From IMG/VR virus record IMGVR_UViG_3300007274_000026, positions 8,541 through 72,540 of that record: a stretch of DNA of 64,000 nt. One strand, given 5' to 3'. Shown one piece after another: positions 57,981-64,000 of the stretch (within the stretch, counting starts at the first letter, position 1; the number at the start of each line of letters is the position of its first letter). Position numbers and translations under genes: made by a program. This stretch comes from a virus. Under the pieces are notes generated by a model. The model saw nothing but the letters and a program-made list of their open reading frames with translations, ran no database searches and was not told the origin of the DNA.

Positions 57981-59924
57981 TTAGCTAGTGACGGTGAACT
58001 TAACGGGCGCATCGATAACGGCCGGTTCAAGGTCTCCTACAGCTGTCCCAAGGGTAACGAGAGCTGCCTGATACTCCTGATTGATCTTGAGGCAGGTTGC
58101 AAGCGCTGTTTCTAAATCATCGACTCGTTGCTCAAGGCTCGAAAGGTCTACTGAAGGCGGCGGGGTGTATGGCACCCAAGCGCCTCCAACAAGTTGCAGC
58201 AGATCTCCATCAGCCGCACCGGTTGTGTCAACGTCATTTAGAGCGCTAATGCTTGAGCCACTGATGTCCGCTGGCGGTGCTGCGCTATTGACCCATTGAC
58301 CACCGGCATAAGACAAGACGTTGCCGTCTTTAAGGTCATTCAGATCAACGTCATTTAGATCAGCAAGGTCACTGGCTCCTCCTGACGGCAAGCCAGTTAA
58401 GCCAGATCCATCACCAACAAAAGCAGTTGCCGTGAGTGTGCCTATGAACTCAGCATCACCCGTGTGATCTTCAGTCAGGAACCCGCTGTCATTTGTAAGG
58501 TCGCTGGTCTTCTCAGGGATGCTCGGCTGATCTGCCAGGTCATTGAATGAACCAGACGTTGCTACGTCCGCCAGGTCGTCAATTGCTTGCGTATTGGCGG
58601 CAATTAAGACGTTCAGCGCATTGTCGGCTGAATCGACGTAATCGGTCAGTGCATAAACGTCCAGATCAGGCTTGTTCGTTAGATCGTCATAGTCACCAGA
58701 GAATCCACCACCACCACCGCCAGTTGGTAAACCAGTCAGCCCTGAACCATCACCGACAAACTTGGTAGCCGTAACGATGCCGTTAAAGCTGGCATCCGTA
58801 GAGCCATCAAGAAAACCTGAATCATTGGTCAGCTCGCTAAGAGCTGACGGAATATCCGGTTGATTACTTAAGTCGTCGTAAGACCCTGAAGCGGCAACAT
58901 CAGCCAGGTCGTCTGTTTTTGCATAAACGTCTAGATCTGGGGTGTTAGTCAGATCGTTGTAATCACCAGAGAAACCACTGCCGCTGGAGCTAAGCGCTGC
59001 AATGTCTGTTTCGTTCTGGTCAATGCGAGCCTCCAACGCCTGATCAGCGTCGATGCGCGCTGTCTCCTCATTGGCAATCAGGCCGCGAAGCTCTCTGTCG
59101 TCATAGGCACCGCCACCAGCATCAGGCGAATCCTGCGTGCCACCAAAGGCAATGCTGACTGGAACCCACTGCTGGGAATCAACTTTGTCGTCATACCAGA
59201 CCCGCACTTCCATGCGGGTTGTATCCATCCAAAATGAACCGATCTTTGGATCTGCTGGCGCCGTGTCAGAAAACACAATGGAAGCATTACCAGTTTCAAG
59301 CGCATCAATCTGAGCTTGCAGGTCAGCATCTCCTTGGATCCTGAATGCCTTTTCTTGCTCAATCAGTTCTGATAAAGCATCATCACCATCTATACGGTCA
59401 TTGACCTCATCGTCGATTTGTTCTTGCAATGGATCAAGATCGACCGATTCAATAGGCTCCCAGCTGGAAACCCCCATCGTTGTCTTGCGCCCATAAACGA
59501 CGTTGTCGTCGTCAGGTTCGGGGATGCCTGCTGTTGACAGGTCAAGCTCAAGCCAGCCTTCGTCCTGCCTGACGTAAGGCTTTCCGTTGGCTTCTGCCTC
59601 AGTAATGAAACCTTGGTTGATGACCCATTCCTCAGTTGCGTAGCCATCAAAGTTCGGCGGCTCAGGCGGCTCAGGAAGATCGTCAATCGTCAGATAGTTT
59701 TGATCAAGAACCCACTCCTCAGTTGCGTAGCCATACAGCTCCGGTGGGACAGCGTCTGGATCGTCGGCATAAGCAATGCGAACGACTTCACCGTCGGCGT
59801 CCTTCGTCCATAGCGCAACTTGTGAGTGCGCGTACTGCAAACCCAGCTGCCCATACTCCAAGTCTTCAGGCGACGGTTTAACGTTCGGCCTGAGGGTGTT
59901 CTTGTGCAGGAGATGGACCGACAT
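57981..59924 (-). CDS. Tail fibre-like protein with internal repeats
   Basis: Duplicated SGDYxDLTNxPDLDVYA, SxLTNDSGFL and FVGDGSGLTGLP blocks. Confidence 0.7.
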   Translation of the reverse strand: MSVHLLHKNTLRPNVKPSPEDLEYGQLGLQYAHSQVALWTKDADGEVVRIAYADDPDAVPPELYGYATEEWVLDQNYLTIDDLPEPPEPPNFDGYATEEWVINQGFITEAEANGKPYVRQDEGWLELDLSTAGIPEPDDDNVVYGRKTTMGVSSWEPIESVDLDPLQEQIDDEVNDRIDGDDALSELIEQEKAFRIQGDADLQAQIDALETGNASIVFSDTAPADPKIGSFWMDTTRMEVRVWYDDKVDSQQWVPVSIAFGGTQDSPDAGGGAYDDRELRGLIANEETARIDADQALEARIDQNETDIAALSSSGSGFSGDYNDLTNTPDLDVYAKTDDLADVAASGSYDDLSNQPDIPSALSELTNDSGFLDGSTDASFNGIVTATKFVGDGSGLTGLPTGGGGGGFSGDYDDLTNKPDLDVYALTDYVDSADNALNVLIAANTQAIDDLADVATSGSFNDLADQPSIPEKTSDLTNDSGFLTEDHTGDAEFIGTLTATAFVGDGSGLTGLPSGGASDLADLNDVDLNDLKDGNVLSYAGGQWVNSAAPPADISGSSISALNDVDTTGAADGDLLQLVGGAWVPYTPPPSVDLSSLEQRVDDLETALATCLKINQEYQAALVTLGTAVGDLEPAVIDAPVKFTVTS

Positions 59925-60237
59925 GGCTTAAGGCTTTGGCATTGCGGGGCAGGATCTGGCTGGCGTTTTTTCCAGCCCTAGCTAGCGTGACTCAAGCAAG
60001 CTTGTTCATGCCCCCAGCCTACCGACAGCACTGATGGCAACTGGCTTGCAAGCAAGGCTATCCACCACACCACACCATGACGGTCAAAACCCAAAAGCTC
60101 ATTTTTGACAAGGAACAGCAGCGCAAAGACAACAGCAGGAAATCAGGCAAGACGTCTCGCGAACACAAGCGAAATCAAAGCAAATCTTCCGCTAGCCATA
60201 GCTGGTATGAAATTCAACGGCTAGCTAGCGTGGATTA

Positions 60238-60762
60238 GTGATAGCAATTTCCATGAATTCAATCCCAGCCTTTGAAGCAAAAGTGAATCACCTTGAGTTC
60301 AGGATTGCAAAGCTGAAGGCAAAGCCTGAGAAGATTGCCAGAACACGGCGCATCGAGCGCTTTGAAGAACGCTTAGAGACGCTGATGAACAACGCGCCAC
60401 AGGACACGTTCGAGATCACCTACAAGGCGCCCACTGCAGAGCGCAGCTTTTACCGGTTTGAAGTTGACGTCCTTGATTCGCCTTATGACGACACGTTCAC
60501 TGGTGGTGATGATCTGCTGTTGCGTGTGCGAGCCACTAAGCCGTTTAGTGGGCGCACTGTCACCAGCACATTGGCCAATGGCGATTACTGGACCGGCAAC
60601 GACGAACAGACCCTGACGTTGGGTGGGTCTATGTACGACTTCACCGGCTATGAAACGGTAACGGCGACGCTGGCCATCGATACCCGGGATTGGTCAACAG
60701 TCAACAGCAACATGGGTGATGTGCTGGCAGTTCAAACATTTGAACCGGTAGTCACGATCTAA
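60238..60762 (+). CDS. Hypothetical moron-like gene inside the fibre cluster
   Basis: Opposite strand; bidirectional terminator at 60774-60806. Confidence 0.55.
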   Translation: MIAISMNSIPAFEAKVNHLEFRIAKLKAKPEKIARTRRIERFEERLETLMNNAPQDTFEITYKAPTAERSFYRFEVDVLDSPYDDTFTGGDDLLLRVRATKPFSGRTVTSTLANGDYWTGNDEQTLTLGGSMYDFTGYETVTATLAIDTRDWSTVNSNMGDVLAVQTFEPVVTI

Positions 60763-60893
60763 AGGCAGACATGAAAAAGCCCCGGCATGAACCGGGGCAT
60801 TTTTTTAACTTTCCCAAGCCTCGTTGATGTCCTTTGTTGACGGGTCATCTCCCTTGTAAGTGCCATCGGCATTACGTGCCCGCTTGCGCGGGC

Positions 60894-62279
60894 TTATTTC
60901 TTTTTTGTCGTTGATGCTGCCACAGAAGCACCTTCAGGTCCCAACTTAGCTTCAAGCACTTCAATGCGTTCCAGAGCCTCTTGAAGTGCTTTGGTAAGCA
61001 AAGGAATCAGCTTGGTCTGGTCGACGCCTTGGTAGACAGGGCGGGTGCCTGTAGCAGTCCAGGTGCGGGTGCGGACAACTTGAGTGGTGACACCGTCGGT
61101 TTCTACATCTTCGGTGTAGGTCAGCTCATTGGGTTCGGTGACTTCAGTTTCAAGGACGGTGCCGTCGTAATCAGCAAGAGTGCCGATTGCTTCGGTTGCA
61201 TTTTCTTCGCCGTGAACTGCTGAACTATCAACCAATGCGACATTAGGTGCTAGGAATCCTTCTTGTCCTGGGTTGAGTTGTTTTACAAGAGCAGTTGCAT
61301 CAGAGTAAGGAGTCAGTGTAACTACACGAGCATCAGCCAGTCTTGTGGCTGACAAATTTGTTGCAGTTATACCAGTATTTGTAATAGTAAATACTGATTT
61401 ATTGACTAGGTTTCCTGAAGGATTACCAGAATTTAGTCCGTTAATAATTAAGACTGGTCCATTTTCAAACTTACTAATCTGGATACCGGTCTTTCCATTT
61501 TGCACCTTTTGGAGGACAGCGCCAGAACGGCTGAGGATTATGCCATTCTTACTGTTATTGTCTAATGCTTCCGAAACTGTTCTAGGATTAGGCGCAAGTT
61601 CAATTTTTCCATAAAAATAATTCGGCGCGTCGCCTGCGGCGTAGAAGTTGTAGTTAGTATTTACGCCTTCACCTAAATTAGAATAAAAACCATATGATGT
61701 TGTGCCAAAATCAGTGTTGGAGTCTGTGGCTGAAAAACCTCTGTAAACAGTAACAGTTCCTGTATTAGTAGTGGGAGCAGAACGGAACCCAGAAAGATTG
61801 GTTATAGTTGCTGTATTACTAGGTCCAGCATTAAAATAATCTGATGTATTGGTGTCCGTATCTTTAGTCTCATTAGAAACAACGCCAAATTGGTTACTAA
61901 TTTTCAGCAGAGGAGTTGAATCAACAGCTAGCGTTAAGTTGTTTCCTTGTTTTGCTATACCATCAACAACGCTACCAGCACCACCACCAGTTACCTTGAC
62001 GCCACCGCCAAACTCACCACGTCCGTTAAACGTTGTCGTGCCAGTTGAAACAACAGTTTGATCGCCAACGTTTGCGTTCTTGATCAGATACTTTGCGTCA
62101 TACGTACCAACAGCGTTGGTATCTGTCATGTACAGAATATCGTTCCAGTTGCTGGTGCCGTCACCAAGCTTGGAACGGTTGGTATCCAGCTCAACGCCCA
62201 TCTCACCTTCAGCGAGAACGGGGTTAGTTGTTCTCCAGTTAGAGGAAGAATCGCGGCGCAGTTGAATCTTGGAAGCCAT
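60894..62279 (-). CDS. Tail fibre / receptor-binding protein with a chaperone-like C-terminus
   Basis: IQLRRD...NPVLAEGEMGVELDT...KLGDG N-terminus; YQGVDQTKLIPLLTKALQEA C-terminus. Confidence 0.8.
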   Translation of the reverse strand: MASKIQLRRDSSSNWRTTNPVLAEGEMGVELDTNRSKLGDGTSNWNDILYMTDTNAVGTYDAKYLIKNANVGDQTVVSTGTTTFNGRGEFGGGVKVTGGGAGSVVDGIAKQGNNLTLAVDSTPLLKISNQFGVVSNETKDTDTNTSDYFNAGPSNTATITNLSGFRSAPTTNTGTVTVYRGFSATDSNTDFGTTSYGFYSNLGEGVNTNYNFYAAGDAPNYFYGKIELAPNPRTVSEALDNNSKNGIILSRSGAVLQKVQNGKTGIQISKFENGPVLIINGLNSGNPSGNLVNKSVFTITNTGITATNLSATRLADARVVTLTPYSDATALVKQLNPGQEGFLAPNVALVDSSAVHGEENATEAIGTLADYDGTVLETEVTEPNELTYTEDVETDGVTTQVVRTRTWTATGTRPVYQGVDQTKLIPLLTKALQEALERIEVLEAKLGPEGASVAASTTKKK

Positions 62280-62322
62280 TGGAATGCCCTAAGGGTGAAA
62301 AGGAAAACGGAAAGGTTGTCAG

Positions 62323-62571
62323 TTAAACGATCACGCCAGCAGCATTGCCGCCGTCAATGTTCGGTGGTGCGCTACCGAAGTTGCTAACGGCTGAACCGCC
62401 GTCAATTGGCATATAGTTTCCGTCTGCAAGCTGAACAACCTGACCGTCAGCGTTCTTGATGTACGCGATGACGTCTCTGGTGTTGATAGCAATTTCACCA
62501 GGCTTCAAAGAGCCTGCGTCGGGAACTCTGCCCGCTTGTGAAGAATGCTTTAGTTGGATGTCGACAGACAC
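62323..62571 (-). CDS. Small virion protein
   Basis: IQLKHSS..GRVP..L..GEIAIN; IDGG. Confidence 0.6.
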   Translation of the reverse strand: MSVDIQLKHSSQAGRVPDAGSLKPGEIAINTRDVIAYIKNADGQVVQLADGNYMPIDGGSAVSNFGSAPPNIDGGNAAGVIV

Positions 62572-62632
62572 TAGATAAGCCTCCCGGCCAGAAGAGCAGG
62601 CGCATACCGCGCTGACCCTAGACTAGCTAGTC

Positions 62633-63118
62633 CTAGAAAGTGCCACCGTCCAGCGCACCGTCCAACAGAGCAGCATCGACGTTATTGACTAGCAGGCCAG
62701 CGTCAACTGAAAACGCCAGCAATCTTCCGTCAATATCGCCATCAAGCAAAGTTGCATCAATGGTTCCCGTCAGCAGGCTTCCGTCAATCGTGCCATCCAG
62801 CAGCGATGTATCGACAGAACCTGTCAGAAGCGCTGCGTCGACAGAGCCAACCAGCAACGTCCCATCAACTTCATTGATCAGCAGTCGTCCATCAATTGAC
62901 CCCGTGATCTGGCTTCCATCGATTGTGCCGGAGATGTTGCCGCCATTGATTTCGCTTCCTTCGATATAGAACGACTGCCAAGTGCTGCCGGTGTAAACCT
63001 CCAGTTTGTTGCTAGTCCCGTTCCAGATGAAACGGCCTGGTTCTAGGTCTTGGAGAGCATTACGGGCAGCATTGGTATGCGTTTGGGCTTGGACTCGTTG
63101 GGCGCGGGTGATAGACAT
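62633..63118 (-). CDS. Virion protein with 9-aa GxIDxxLLx repeats
   Basis: About 11 tandem nonapeptides; LDGGTF end. Confidence 0.65.
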   Translation of the reverse strand: MSITRAQRVQAQTHTNAARNALQDLEPGRFIWNGTSNKLEVYTGSTWQSFYIEGSEINGGNISGTIDGSQITGSIDGRLLINEVDGTLLVGSVDAALLTGSVDTSLLDGTIDGSLLTGTIDATLLDGDIDGRLLAFSVDAGLLVNNVDAALLDGALDGGTF

Positions 63119-64000
63119 TAGAAAGTTCCCCCATTCAAGGTGTCAGTAGGGCCCCAAGTGCCCAGAGCATTGTTCCAAACAAGAATTTCATTAGCTGCTG
63201 TGCCTGGTGGCAGGTTTGTTCCACCACCACCACCACCACCGCCAGCGGCGTTTACCGTCTGTTGGTTCATCAGGAAGTATGGCGACCCTTCCGGTGGCGG
63301 TGTCGCGAAGTTAATGTCTCGCGTCCCGCTGTTGACCTGAAAGTCAACGCCGGGTTCCATGATCACGCCGCCAACGCTCAACAGAACGTTGTTCTGATCA
63401 AGGATGTCCATCGACAACGTGAACGCTGTTGTCGTGCCATCAAAGGCAGGACTCATCGTGACGCGGTCTGCTGTTGTCGTGCGATTGGTCCATTGCCCTG
63501 TAGTGGGGTCATAAACCAACGTGTCCCCTGCCCTTGGCTGGTTGATGTCAACATCCAACAAGTCGTTAAGGCGAATCAGGCCGCCGCCGTTCCCGTCGCC
63601 ATTAAGGGTGTCGATGCGGACCCAACCCTCAGTTGCATTGATGCATAAACACCAATCACCAGCATCAAAGGTGACGTTTGGAACTACGGCGATGTTTTCG
63701 CCTGGCTCTGAAACGACGACATAAAGACCACCAAGGCTGTCAGTAGCAGCAGGGAGCGCAGTGCCGACCGAAAGCCCTGCTGTGCGACCTGCATCCGTTA
63801 CAGCAACGATCAGGCTTGAGTCTGCATCAATCGTCCCACCGAACCGCAAGTTTTCTTGAGACAAGCGACCGAAGCCAACAGAAGCCCAAACGTTTCCATC
63901 AAACATTCGGAGCTGAGCTGTAGATGGCTGGTACCACAAGCAGCCAATGTGAAGATCAACGGTGAATGCAGGCTGCGCTTCCTGGATGAAGCCAATGCTG
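63118..64000 (-). CDS. Large tail fibre / structural protein, C-terminal part (5' end outside the window)
   Basis: Open to the window edge; FDGTTTAFTL, INFATPP, LNGGTF. Confidence 0.7.
   Translation of the reverse strand, partial: SIGFIQEAQPAFTVDLHIGCLWYQPSTAQLRMFDGNVWASVGFGRLSQENLRFGGTIDADSSLIVAVTDAGRTAGLSVGTALPAATDSLGGLYVVVSEPGENIAVVPNVTFDAGDWCLCINATEGWVRIDTLNGDGNGGGLIRLNDLLDVDINQPRAGDTLVYDPTTGQWTNRTTTADRVTMSPAFDGTTTAFTLSMDILDQNNVLLSVGGVIMEPGVDFQVNSGTRDINFATPPPEGSPYFLMNQQTVNAAGGGGGGGGTNLPPGTAANEILVWNNALGTWGPTDTLNGGTF

Noticed and set aside
53393-64000. Diversity-generating retroelement or invertible tail-fibre shufflon
   Set aside because: No reverse transcriptase, no TR/VR pair and no inverted crossover repeats were seen; the serine recombinase is of the large integrase type.

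Overview
This window is most of a circularly permuted, temperate siphovirus genome. The host is probably a picocyanobacterium (Synechococcus-like), inferred from a cyanobacterial-type sigma70, a DUF4278-like protein and cyanophage-type small ORFs. The minus strand carries terminase, portal, MuF, scaffold, capsid, head-tail and tail genes, tape measure and tail tip (1-30.7 kb), replication and recombination genes (34.8-51.5 kb) and tail fibres (53-64 kb). The plus strand carries blocks of small early genes, each with a repeated promoter cassette, plus a serine integrase, dCTP deaminase, an exonuclease and a GH19 endolysin. There are five free-standing HNH endonucleases. The standout locus is 39.2-41.1 kb: a stand-alone RAMP/Cas7-like gene followed by a hairpin-bracketed 565-nt non-coding array of 105 GGY-NN pentamers, punctuated into 10 units, then an accessory gene. 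This is a candidate RNA-guided system in which the variable dinucleotides carry the targeting information. Other notable items are a NurA-HerA-methyltransferase operon, a MuF-kinase fusion, a head-closure gene whose blocks appear out of order, a genome-wide iterated CTAGCTA palindrome and a shared structured leader on two HNH genes. All family assignments come from motif recognition by eye, not database searches.
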